Shown here: positions 21,401 through 30,203 of the stretch, piece by piece
Position numbering within the stretch: position 1 is the stretch's first letter
Layout of the letters: the number at the start of each line of letters is the position of its first letter
NCBI GenBank assembly: GCA_032718475.1
Contig: JAUCBJ010007736.1
Location: 1-45,811, forward strand
Length of the DNA stretch: 45,811 nucleotides
Direction of reading: 5' to 3'
DNA from: Nemertoderma westbladi
Taxonomy: Eukaryota; Animalia; Xenacoelomorpha
Notes under the pieces: model-generated
Databases searched by the model: none
Told to the model about the DNA's origin: nothing
What the model saw: only the letters and a program-made list of their open reading frames with translations
Position numbers and translations under genes: made by a program

Positions 21401-23520
21401 GGTTGACACATTGTTACAGGGGGTGGTGGTATACCCTTTTGTAAATTTACTAATTTATCGCGCTCTAGCGCGATATTTTGCTGCACTTCTTGCAACTCTA
21501 ACTTGCTTTCCCTCACTGTTCCCTTTAAATGTTGGACAGTCCCTTCCAACTCTCGGACCTGTTGGGAGGAGCGTATCCGATTCTCCTTCATCTCTCCGAG
21601 GAGAATATCCATCCCCCGCCGTCTCTCGTCTACCCAATCAACCGCCGAAACGGGATCCGCCAACGTCGTAGCGGGCGGATGAGGGACAACGGGCGACAAA
21701 TTATGAATAATTCGCTCGGGGTCCAGGACCTGAACTGTATCCGGGGCAGTTCTACGGGGCACAGGTAGCTTAGTGCTATGCAAAGGGAATTTAGAGGTAG
21801 TCTCAGGGAGCACAGGTATGTCTATCACCGAAGGGGTGATTTCAAGAACAGGCCTAATTATTTCAGGCTCATCTACTATAGTAGGAAGTCTTTCTATTTT
21901 AATTATTTGGTCTGTGGGTTCTGTACTACCTAAGTTGGTGTTATTTAGTTGCCTTCTAACAGCTGGAGGCAAATCAGGCAATTTCTGACGGTGGAATGTT
22001 CTTTTACGTCTACTTAGACGAGATCTATTTCCCTTGCCTTCAGTATCGGTGGTATCGCCTTCCTCAGATGATGTATATCCCTGTCTTTTGGGAGTAGATC
22101 GATTCATCATCTGCATATTACTAGCTGCTAACTGTTTATTTATGCAGTCTTGATTCTCCTGAATGTTTTCCAATTCTAATTGGGTGGTTTCGTCAGCCGC
22201 TTTCCTTTCTGCTTCTGCCACTTTTGCCTCTGCCGCTGCCTCTGCCACTGCCTCTGCCGCTTTTGCCTCTGCCGCTGCCTCTGCCGCTTTTGCCTTGGCC
22301 GCTGCCGCCTTTCTTTCTGCTTCTGCAGCTACTACTGCTGCTTTCTTTCTGTCTTCTATACGTTTTTTCTTTACTTGTTCTTCTTGGTCTCTAGCGATGC
22401 GGAGTTGTTCATCGAATTTAGCTTGGTTCGCCGCTAACCTATCCACATCAATTGCATCCAACACACGCTGGGCTCCTTCACTATTAGGGCTAAGCCCATC
22501 TAGTCTTCTCCGCAACTCTTCATCACCTACGAAACGCTGATAGTCTGACAGATAGATGTCAATGGCATCCCTCTTATGCGGTTTCTCTGCCGTCGCTTCA
22601 CTTTCCACTTGGGAAAAAGTAGCGTCTGTTGATTCTCCATGGGTTGATCGCTCCTCTAGCTGAGCTTTCCACTGAGCAGTTCCTCGAACCTGGAGATTCA
22701 CTCTTTGAAACCAAGTCTTTACGGCAACTTGCAACGACGTGTCTTGTCTTCTTTTAGAAGCCTCCTCAAAGGCGGATAAGATTAGCCTAATCCGCAGAAC
22801 TCTTTCTCTAACTTGATAAAGCAGCGATCCCTGCTCTTGAGGTCCTTGAGATTGTTGAAACAGTTGTCTCTCTACTCGCTCCATAGAGCTGAAGAATCCC
22901 TGTGCGTATCCGGCTGCGGACCTCTTCCATACAGCTGGATCGATGGTTTCCTTGGCTACTCCCATCCGGTGTATGTCTTCCCAGGCAGCTTCTGATAAAT
23001 CAAACGGGAGTCCGGGTCCGGGGAAGTTCCATTGCGACTCGACAATAGACTTCAGTTCTTCACTAGTGTATCCCGCGTAACTATCTCTAGTTGACCGTTG
23101 ACTTCTCGCCCAATCGATCTGGTGTTCTTCCACCGCGATCAATAACCCAGCGAGCACGGCTGCAGGAAGGATGAGAAGGGGATCCGTATAAACCGCATCC
23201 GTCATCTCTGCTCCGCTCTCGGGTGTCAGCTCTACAGTATCCTCACTACTGGAGCTGCTGGGCCGCTGAGGAATAAGTTCTTGACTAGTGGGTTGTTGCT
23301 GTTCCGCTGCCTTTTGGTCCCGCTTGACCTGAGCTCGAGTGCCTATGATAGACCTACGATGTTGGACCAGCCTAGGTTCTGTTATTACTACTGGAGGGAT
23401 GACCTTCCTCACAGTGGGAGGTGAACTGGATTTACGACCAGACGGTTGTACGTCTCTATCTGAGTCGCAGATAGTTACATCTAATAAACTGTCTGACAGG
23501 TTCTGCTTAGTATCAGACAT
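15406..23520 (-). CDS. gag-pol: BEL/Pao Gag-Pol polyprotein, 2704 aa, intact
   Basis: DUF1759-type FNGDEMKW; triple knuckle CALC/CYNC/CAKC..HHILLH; protease ALLDSGS; RT RVVFDGS, GPNLL, SDIEGMFLQV, YMDD; RNase H LHVFGDAS, PRAEL, WTDA; integrase HHCC, GVDLFGP, SDKGTNF, WERLIRSVK; DUF5641-type tail. Confidence 0.97.
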   Translation of the reverse strand: MSDTKQNLSDSLLDVTICDSDRDVQPSGRKSSSPPTVRKVIPPVVITEPRLVQHRRSIIGTRAQVKRDQKAAEQQQPTSQELIPQRPSSSSSEDTVELTPESGAEMTDAVYTDPLLILPAAVLAGLLIAVEEHQIDWARSQRSTRDSYAGYTSEELKSIVESQWNFPGPGLPFDLSEAAWEDIHRMGVAKETIDPAVWKRSAAGYAQGFFSSMERVERQLFQQSQGPQEQGSLLYQVRERVLRIRLILSAFEEASKRRQDTSLQVAVKTWFQRVNLQVRGTAQWKAQLEERSTHGESTDATFSQVESEATAEKPHKRDAIDIYLSDYQRFVGDEELRRRLDGLSPNSEGAQRVLDAIDVDRLAANQAKFDEQLRIARDQEEQVKKKRIEDRKKAAVVAAEAERKAAAAKAKAAEAAAEAKAAEAVAEAAAEAKVAEAERKAADETTQLELENIQENQDCINKQLAASNMQMMNRSTPKRQGYTSSEEGDTTDTEGKGNRSRLSRRKRTFHRQKLPDLPPAVRRQLNNTNLGSTEPTDQIIKIERLPTIVDEPEIIRPVLEITPSVIDIPVLPETTSKFPLHSTKLPVPRRTAPDTVQVLDPERIIHNLSPVVPHPPATTLADPVSAVDWVDERRRGMDILLGEMKENRIRSSQQVRELEGTVQHLKGTVRESKLELQEVQQNIALERDKLVNLQKGIPPPPVTMCQPVRSEVSHAQGVEPTRIYTASEVETPIVNPIKGNYRPVCNDIPYGTDHNPRNLYTDNSILNSTMAQESFTRQMARTEARQAVKVGEIVKFNGDEMKWLPFNEYYKDNIQNSVLSNGEKLRYLIECLEGSPKLMALKFIGHPDGLRQVWDTLNIRYGNRNNIAGYLYAKLVAPRKFISSGIIEFSDEIQEICRQLDWLGKSHEYQNTMVIRAVASTLPKGGVGTRWDKKVLYMMEQQRRDPTMADLMSFLDGEVKLQLLKLSREKTPENKVSEKPVSRRKITPVCYTDDGESQTSQGEDSGKDTDRSYYVNKMPKDQVSKFKSRTNDRREQVRKTPPTSPKRIQVRKPEEKASVHNVTQNKVSNIKPKCALCDGTHYLNRCDEFLKKSLTERREVMWDKRLCYNCLRQGHQRRTCFSDIRCAKCGAKHHILLHAEFDRNSPNQVSDSELHVQFSDVNDTDQSEMEGFYTDEFSDENESCYMINTAVYRALTYEKDTENDFTLTTSERQPPWKETSSNVGIREFPVVQVRVHGPKRSYVVNALLDSGSTGTFIDKELAEDIFAGQPKFQTKLNMSGIMQVWKSTITADYYVGALSTPQDELGEHSIRSVKMVAIKNFATTQADLYNWDEDESIQHLNIPRFQTDYPGVQILIGQNAHEALETLEKRPAQPQPLQTYAVRTRVGWYFTGPSRRTLRERLPQERVYKVSEWEDDASEGDDSTEGIPYSSDNDDVHQLFDEENTIDLLKENEAWQNQVNLCQLLYPSEREAYNDELNDVIERHNAKIRDEHAVRFFTQEAVEPNSYDKALSVEEERAKQIQETTTCFLKDQGRYEVGLPFRKKEPKFINNRPLAEKGIAQLHRRLTANSSAKAMYQTQLEKFINKGYAERVPEETPVTERTYYLTHHYVPKPGKPNEVRVVFDGSALYMGQSLNSELLPGPNLLQSLLGILLRLRQYSIAFASDIEGMFLQVKVLDRNRDSLRFLWWPEGDLNQKPVEYWMTIQAFGIISSPSNACSVVRTTAEDNREAFSKEVIDNIKRDIYMDDNLKSLPSVEEAIEVAKGTVECLKRGGFRLTKFTSNSREFLESIPAEDRGAKDLDLIKDDLPETKTLGLKWDTERDILFFQLKQRDNPVRTKRICLSILSTYFDPLGFISPVILIARSLVQQMWLENHSWDDPLKGELLKQWMKWEDSLPAIEDFIISRSYFGHVLPTYSYQLHVFGDASDMGIGIVAYLRVETPDGIKVALVTSKALINNKLKVPRAELKAALYATAIGRNVTEQIDYTLEKTVYWTDALLVLEYITNEVCQFSVFVTNRVAIILSRTTMDQWRHCPGTINPADIASRGATPKELVNTPEWLGGPDFLYREEEEWPPHLTTAEIRQAKGAEKVKPKTRASKSKLFKPAVDLSVLFTSRDDALDQKPTATTKEVLEIRDKDWKSGIPDIAQGLSPLLQRAIRHYSSWNRLCKAVTYLKRCFHHRYSGTKTHSDDAPSTSARVHVIKDLPKYKIPDRFLKEKISYQEHDETNKQMLRLLQCYEDSDKYFLLLRNTQMRLRDRFSSTMIDGLIRVGGRLTNAPLSFDTKFPILIRNLDIQIKMIVDVHSKLYHAGRERVLSEIRTRYYFYKPRRALNQVLRNCIPCRKAFSRPLTQREAELPRERVSFYEPPFTNTGVDLFGPIEVYRARTIVKRWCVIFVCMTCRAIHLDMVNDLSTNSFVLSLRRQIARFGTSNTMRSDKGTNFIGANNEIQAYVKDWNKRQVDDQLRITASSWTFNAADAPWWGGSWERLIRSVKTAFHFIVPCRAYLTDELLRTLMEEIAAYLNERPLMPVSSNPDSLEALTPAHFLLKKPVAMLPQSEITDGDEYCRRTWQLMQLLSRRFADHFEKHYLPTLQLRTKWFEQQENVSAGDMVLIVDPDLPRKRWQTGRIIETYISSDGLVRSVELVVMRRNFKKPGIVFETQQLNRPVGRLCLLERDRELSVNYGRQETLPTTTSLIQPTSRDSPT

Positions 23521-24846
23521 GACTAGGTATGTACAGTTGAATGCCTACTGCTATATTACAGTCTAAGCAAGTCTAGTAACTCAGTATGAACTGCTAGCCT
23601 AGTAATTAATTACCGTTACTGCTACTCAGTGTAGCGTGATATATATATAATATATTAGAATACCGGTATACTTATAGTATATATAACTATATAAGTATTA
23701 TTACAGACTAGGTTTATCACAGAATACCGGTATAATTTTAGCACAAATATATATAAATATATAATAGGCCTATCGGAATACCGGTATACAGCTTACAGTT
23801 TGTAGTATATATAATTCTGGAATAGAATTAATTACAAGTACCGGTATAATTTCAGCCTAGATTTATAGAAATAAGATAATAGGCCTATCGTAAATACCGG
23901 TATATCAATTATTTTAGAATAATTGAATTTCTGAACTTTAGGGTTACTTGGTTACTTTAACTTACTTTATTACCGTTATTTAAGCAGTAATCCAACTGAT
24001 ATTGAGACCTAATGGTTTTATGGTAGGCCTACTATTTATAAATCGTTAGATTTGATTTATAATATATATACCCGTTTTAATGGGTTTTGTCGATGTTTGA
24101 AATAAATGTTATTATTTCTGGGGAGTAATCACTACACAAAGCGGTGCGCTTTCAGTGAAGTGTTACTTATAGGACACTAAAACAAATAATACTAATTTAC
24201 CTAAGTTACTTAATACTACAAATTACGTACGATTCGGGTTGAGATTACAATCTCTAAATAAACACAAAAATTTACAAAAAACACAAATACGAATTTTTAG
24301 GGTAATTTTACAAGAAGTCTACAAACCAGCCTAACAAAGGGTTAGAAAACTGGTTATTACAACGGACAGGGTACTACGGTATTTGAAATAATAAGTAGTA
24401 GTAAATACACTGCGTTGTCCAGATAGAAAAATACCACCGCCTGACGACCTATAGCCGTATCGCTATAGGTTCTACGTTATGTATCACGGAGTGTTCCTAC
24501 CTAGAAGTTAATAGAGCTAATCGAATGTGCCTATCAACCACTTTACAACACAAATATAATGCCTACCCTAATTATTCTCGGAAAGCACTGTACACTAAAC
24601 CCTAAATTAGGTACGAGTACTTGTACAACAGATAATCAGTAATTAAATATACTTGAACAGCTAAAAGAACCACGGCATCTGCTGGAGTGACCGATGCACA
24701 AAATCACCAGTCTTTACCTACGCCGAGCAGCCCGTGTAGTACCGGGGTTAATTTAACTATAGCGGTATGTATAACAAACACAATTACTGTAGGAACAAAC
24801 TTGGGGAATGAATGTTGCGGATAATCGCATAAACTCTGAATAATAA

Positions 24847-25410
24847 ATATTACGCTACGCGTACAAACCACTCAAACAAAATACAGACCGAACACTGACA
24901 GACTACTATCAAGCCTAAACAAACTACGGTATATGCAGACTCCGAAATGATTAGGGAGTATGCGCTCTAACCCAGTAGTGCGACTTATTCTTTAGTTGGG
25001 GGTTTACCTTACAGCGTTCGCTGCCCCTACTGCCTAACCGTACTTAATCGGACAGATGATCTACACACGCGGCAATCCGTTCAGACCTAATAACAGCCAG
25101 ACAACTATCCAGCCTACAAATTATCTAAGTAAAATTATACGCTACCCGTACAGACTTACACAAACAAAGTACAGACTAAACGATGGCAGACTACTCTCAA
25201 GCCTAAATAAACTACAGGACATGCAGACTCCGAAATGATTAGGGAGTATGCGCTCTAACCCAGTAGTGCGACTTATTCTTTAGTTGGGGGTTTACCTTAC
25301 AGCGTTCGCTGCCCCTACTTCCTAACCGTACTTAATCGGACAGGTGATCTACACACACTGCAACTCGTTCGGACTTAACAGCAATCAGACAACAGCTCAG
25401 CCTACAAATC
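24847..25410. repeat. 288-bp tandem duplication in the 2.2-kb 5' leader of element 1
   Basis: GCAGACTCCGAAATG at 24935 and 25223, with a near-identical core of about 130 bp. Confidence 0.9.
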
Positions 25411-25682
25411 GTCTGTACAATCTGATCAGGCTTACACGCCTTCTGTTCAATACTGGCCTACAAACAAATAAAACTTGACAGAAATAAGTAAAAATCTCAA
25501 TAAAAAACCAGGGCTGCAGTCCCTGATGAATTATTAAGGCCTACTGGTATATAATAATCAAAATCGAATAATACTGCTGTACCTGTACTGCTGTAGGTAC
25601 CGGTCCGGGTGGTTAGGTAGTCAGGCCTACTGGGTACCGGTTGCCGGTACTTCAGCTTTATTGCCTACTGCAATACAGAAGC

Positions 25683-25692
25683 TATCCTTTAA
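25683..25692 (-). other. Non-tRNA primer-binding site (putative self-priming PBS) of element 1
   Basis: Sense TTAAAGGATA abuts the LTR end and is the exact complement of sense TATCCTTTAA at 26470-26461. No TGG start. Confidence 0.75.
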
Positions 25693-26911
25693 TGTTCGCA
25701 CTTTCAGACCTTTGGCAGTTTAACCCGCCAAATTAAGATGTCTTCTAGATATTAAATCGCTTTTTAGCCTATGACAAGTATTTGATTCACTACACTAGTC
25801 GAAACCAATCCGTGCGCGACCATTCACCCGCTGGATATTCCCGGGAGATTGGGTTCGACGGTTTAATTTTATTGCTATGTAAGCTTAATGTATTATTCGA
25901 CTGACAGTATTATATAATCTCTGACAATATTATTTATCTTCGGGAATATTAACAGTTCCTTTAGGACGTGGCGCTTTATCTATATAAACAGAGTTATGAC
26001 TTAAACTACTCACAACGATATGGCTTAATTATAATTCACATATATGGCGCATTCTTTAGGAATGCTTCTTTAACAGACTCACTCGCACACAATGCTGCAC
26101 AATACTGCACACTAATCTGCCAATCTTCACTGATTTTAGTCACATATAAAAGGAACACAGGCTGACTCATGTAGGGTCTATCAAATAACATTAGATTCAC
26201 TTCAAACCACTTTAACATAAGTCACAATCGTTATTGGTAACCTTTCTCTCTTACCTTCGGTATATCAAGAATATTGGGTGTCGGGGTTATTTCTCGTTAT
26301 TCCAATATAATAATTCATCAACAAATATAATGAATAACCGACAACAAATAGCAGTATACAATATTGATTGAGCAGGTAATTTTAGCAGTTTCAGCAGTTA
26401 TTAAAAGCAGTGTGGCAGCAGTTGCTGTCGCCAGGTCAGTTTTGTTTGATCATCAGTCAGTTAAAGGATATATGTCCTTATAATTAAACCTCCTAGTGTT
26501 GAGCTAAAAAGCAGAAAGCATAAAACACTACAAAGCCGTTCTTTCGTGGCTTTGAAAAACTCGTGACTACTGCTCTATACGAGGATACCAACTCCCTTAT
26601 TCCACGAAGCTCCCGTTCAACACAGAGAAAGAGCAGTGAGATAGGAAATTTTCAGTTCAGTACTCTGTGATAGGTCAAAATCAAGGCTAACTCAAATTCT
26701 ATTGGGAGATACAACACAAGGCTATGACGCAACCTCCCTAGGCTTGTTGGCCGATTAAACAGAGCCCAGATGCCTGCGTATAGCAAATCAGCCAATAAGC
26801 TGGTAACTTGCACTATTTTTAGTTATAGATCACCTCGAGAGTATTCTTAGCGACTGGGGGGGAACTGGCCAACAAGGCAAACTAATCAGTTATCCCACAA
26901 AAGCTTTTACA
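25693..26911 (-). repeat. 5' LTR of element 1 (1219 bp)
   Basis: Direct repeat of 9472-10673, upstream of gag-pol. Confidence 0.95.
26461..26470 (-). promoter_or_regulatory. Predicted transcript 5' end / self-primer sequence (also at 10223-10232 in the 3' LTR)
   Basis: Complementary to the PBS position. Inferred by analogy to Tf1; the TSS is not observed directly. Confidence 0.55.
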
Positions 26912-27847
26912 CTATTATTGGTACATATTATAATTTTGCACATCAACCCATATAGTGTCATTTTCTGATGACACGGACCACCACCCCCTCCCCTCCCACC
27001 CAAATTTTTCTACAAATCATTATCATGGGGTAGGGTGGGGTTATTAACGCAAATCCCATCTACGCGAATTCACGATATTATGCTAATTATCAATTTAGAT
27101 TAGAGAAATGAGCAGTTGAAATGGTAGGTATGATATGCTAACCAAAACAATAAACGAAATACAATAGAACAGGTTTCAGTTTTATCTTTGGGAGTGATCA
27201 GCTGTTATTTGCATCGTTCTCTTGGAAAGAAATTAATTATTATTCCTTTGAGTGCTGTCTTCACTGAATGAGTTTATGTTCACGATAATGTACTGTAGGC
27301 CTACTAGAAGTTGTAACCTTATGAATTATGATATCTATAGTATTTGTGATCTATTTTCTATCTATGAATCTATTTTAATCTTAAATGATTCGCGATCTTC
27401 CTTAATATACTAACTATACCTTTTAATGTCTCCTATACTACCGCAATATATATATTATTAATTTATATTACCCTTATGCCATATATTGTTCTTATATTTT
27501 AATCAGTGCATGACCATTTTATGTTTTGATTAACTGAATAATAGCCACTGGGGCGTAAGCCGGGACCGAAATTGTAATTAATCAATGACTATTATATTAT
27601 TTATTTGTTCAACATTTACACAATATTACATTTATTATCTTTATTTATAATATATTTATCATTTATTATATTACATTTACATATATTACATTACATATTA
27701 CATTTTACTATTATACTCTTTTTTTCAACCGAATTATTTTTCAAAACTAAAACCAATATCTGTATAATTGATGGTAGATGTACTGTATTTTGTTTAATTT
27801 TTATTCTATCCACATTAAGTTTATTGGGACCCGTAAATGAATTACAT

Positions 27848-29263
27848 CTAATAATCATAATCAGAATCAGTCAACGATTCATAAGAATCATAAGGCGAAT
27901 AATTTTCGTTATGAGTTTCTATTGGATCCTCAGTCGAATCGTCGCTGAAATGTTGCAACTTTCCGCAACGCCTCAAGAATAGTTGGGCTAATTGACGAAC
28001 CTGGAACGGGTCGATAGTGCCATTACAGTTGATAGAGAAGCTTTGTATTCCGTCCAGATTCCCCCAATCAAATATATTCTCAAGATCCACCAATGTCTCG
28101 TCTTCTAACGAGATATAATTGTCAGTATAATTGAGTAGGACCCTCAGCTCGGTGAGTGAGGACAGAATTCGTAGGGCCGATGTTAGAGATAGATAATCGC
28201 AGTAGGTTATATGGAGAACCGTAATTGAATCAATCTTTTGCATTTCCAAATCCGTATCTTCTACCTTACAGCGGTTTAACCACAACGTCTTTAGCTTTGG
28301 AAACAATCGCGAGAAATGCGGCAAAGAAACGGGATTGTCGCATCCGTGGAACTCAAAATACGTGACTGCGGGTAAATTAACCGCGCGGTTTACAGCTCGC
28401 GAGATTAGCTCAGGAAATTCCGGAATCCGCCAGCAGAAAAGGGTCAATGAGTTTAAGGAAGGAAAGTCTGAAAGTACGTCGAATAGTTCCCGTTCGGAGT
28501 ACAACTCAATGGTTGACGCGTTGAACCATTCCAATACCAGAGTCTGAAGGGAAGTCCGGCAGTTGGGGTTGAGAAAGTCGTTGACGCTCTTTGTGATGGA
28601 CATCAGAGGGGCGGAATAATCTAAGATGTGACCGAATCGACGGTTGTAAAGAATAAAATTCGCAAAATTAAAATCGAGTTGACTCGATTTGTTTCTGCGC
28701 TGTTTAATTATTTCGTGAAGTAATTCCATTGTGTTATGATAAATAATAGTGACTCGAGGGATCAGTTGGTGTAGGTTTATTATATCTTGAACTGATATAT
28801 TGTGACATTCAGACACGTCTAACGTCTGTAATCGTTTCAGTTGCGTCACTAACTGAAGACCATTGTCAGTCAGGTCAGAATTTTTCGCGATTAGCGCTAC
28901 CAGATTTTCGCAACTCCCAACTACACAGCCAATCAAAACATCGTTTAATCCTTTACACTTCAAAGTAGTTAGATTAGGAAATGTACTATCTGTGGTAAAA
29001 ACCGTCGCAAGGATGCTGGCATCGCAGAACCACCATATTTCGAGGATGTCCAATGTAACCAGTACAGATGAAATGCAGGGCAACCATGTGATTAGTATAG
29101 GAACTACATCTCTAGGGAAGTCTTCAATAAATGTTCGATCTACAACAATTTCTATAGGAGATAGACATTGCTTTACGAAAACATCTTTATATGTTTCCAC
29201 AACGTCAGTGAGTGTTTTATTCCATTGTTGAATGTTGAGATTTTCAGGTGGGAAAGTTTGTTT
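27848..29263 (-). CDS. RNI-like / F-box-LRR-type leucine-rich repeat protein, main exon (5' end unresolved, may be a pseudogene)
   Basis: About 470 open codons. Repeats such as FPNLTTLKC, CENLVAL, LTDNGL, LKRLQTLDVSEC and FPKLKTLWLNRC. Acidic C-terminus. Confidence 0.75.
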   Translation of the reverse strand, partial: KQTFPPENLNIQQWNKTLTDVVETYKDVFVKQCLSPIEIVVDRTFIEDFPRDVVPILITWLPCISSVLVTLDILEIWWFCDASILATVFTTDSTFPNLTTLKCKGLNDVLIGCVVGSCENLVALIAKNSDLTDNGLQLVTQLKRLQTLDVSECHNISVQDIINLHQLIPRVTIIYHNTMELLHEIIKQRRNKSSQLDFNFANFILYNRRFGHILDYSAPLMSITKSVNDFLNPNCRTSLQTLVLEWFNASTIELYSERELFDVLSDFPSLNSLTLFCWRIPEFPELISRAVNRAVNLPAVTYFEFHGCDNPVSLPHFSRLFPKLKTLWLNRCKVEDTDLEMQKIDSITVLHITYCDYLSLTSALRILSSLTELRVLLNYTDNYISLEDETLVDLENIFDWGNLDGIQSFSINCNGTIDPFQVRQLAQLFLRRCGKLQHFSDDSTEDPIETHNENYSPYDSYESLTDSDYDY

Positions 29264-29765
29264 TTACTACAAGTAAATACAAAGTGGCCCTAATTAATAA
29301 TATATTGTACATTAATTTTCTGTAAAATATTGGTATTTTGCTATTGAATTTCGCAGTTATCTATAGTTTCTTAGCGATAAATTAAATTATTTGAAAACAT
29401 TTTCAAGCTCATTTAAGGATTTAATGGAGACTAATCTTATAACAGAATCAATATAGTGCAGCGTTATAGATAGTACTGTATATTATAATGAATCAGTTAA
29501 AGTACATATAGTAGGCCTTCAGTATGGCAGTATATGGCAGTACTGTTTTAATATTTTGCATAGGCAGACAGTGGCGCGCATGACCGCAAGTGGAAAAGTG
29601 CAAATTGGTCGAATAGAATTTCGTTCTTATTTTGGTTTTCCACCATTGTAACCTTATCCGCTTATTTCCATTAATGTTTTATATTGAATAGGGGCCTCGT
29701 TGGTGTTTGTGTTGCGGCCATTTTCCGCATTTTCAAGGAAAGTCAGTCAAGGAAAAGTAGAAAAC

Positions 29766-30203
29766 TTAATAAAATAAATTAAAAAAAAGCCTGACATCCT
29801 CATTGTTTGTTTGTAGCATAAAGGTGAAAACTTTCCAACCTGAAACTGATTGGCTGTATGTCGCCTCCAGCTCATTAAACGCCATCACAGACGCATGGAT
29901 GACGTAGTTACGTAAATCAAATCGAATTCTCTTTGATAAACCTTTATCTAGCCATTTACATATGATGTCACAAGGCGGGTGTTTATTGCCTGTGTTATCA
30001 ACATCATTATTTTCCAATCTTCGCGTTTCTGAGGTAACAATGCTTGTAACCAATGTCCGTGTTACACTAGCAATTCCAATTTCCTGCAGAGTTAGCAATC
30101 GTGAACTTTTGTTGAGGATTACTGGGGGTTGAAATTGGTACATAATTTGGAACAATTCTTGAATTCCGTTTATAATAACGTTGCATCTATCATGATATAA
30201 CAA
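29766..30203 (-). CDS. Probable N-terminal exon or fragment of the LRR gene family
   Basis: Same strand, upstream of the LRR ORF. LLTLQEIGIASV resembles the SL..L N-terminal motif of such LRR proteins. I found no clean GT-AG junction to the next ORF. Confidence 0.45.
   Translation of the reverse strand: MLYHDRCNVIINGIQELFQIMYQFQPPVILNKSSRLLTLQEIGIASVTRTLVTSIVTSETRRLENNDVDNTGNKHPPCDIICKWLDKGLSKRIRFDLRNYVIHASVMAFNELEATYSQSVSGWKVFTFMLQTNNEDVRLFFNLFY

Larger units (their letters stand above)
9472..26911 (-). mobile_element. Full-length 17.4-kb BEL/Pao LTR retrotransposon (element 1)
   Basis: Two near-identical TGT...ACA LTRs flank a single Gag-PR-RT-RH-IN ORF with BEL/Pao motifs. Confidence 0.97.

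Noticed and set aside
16187-23566. Plus-strand ORFs antisense to gag-pol (and their counterparts at 43019-44947)
   Set aside because: Shadow ORFs expected from the codon structure of the long sense ORF. No motifs.
25515-25560. CTGATGA as a hammerhead ribozyme core
   Set aside because: No properly placed GAAA or flanking stems, and the motif is not conserved in the homologous leader of element 2.
27605-27982. 125-aa hydrophobic plus-strand ORF
   Set aside because: Arises from an AT-rich TTACAT-type low-complexity tract and overlaps the LRR ORF antisense.
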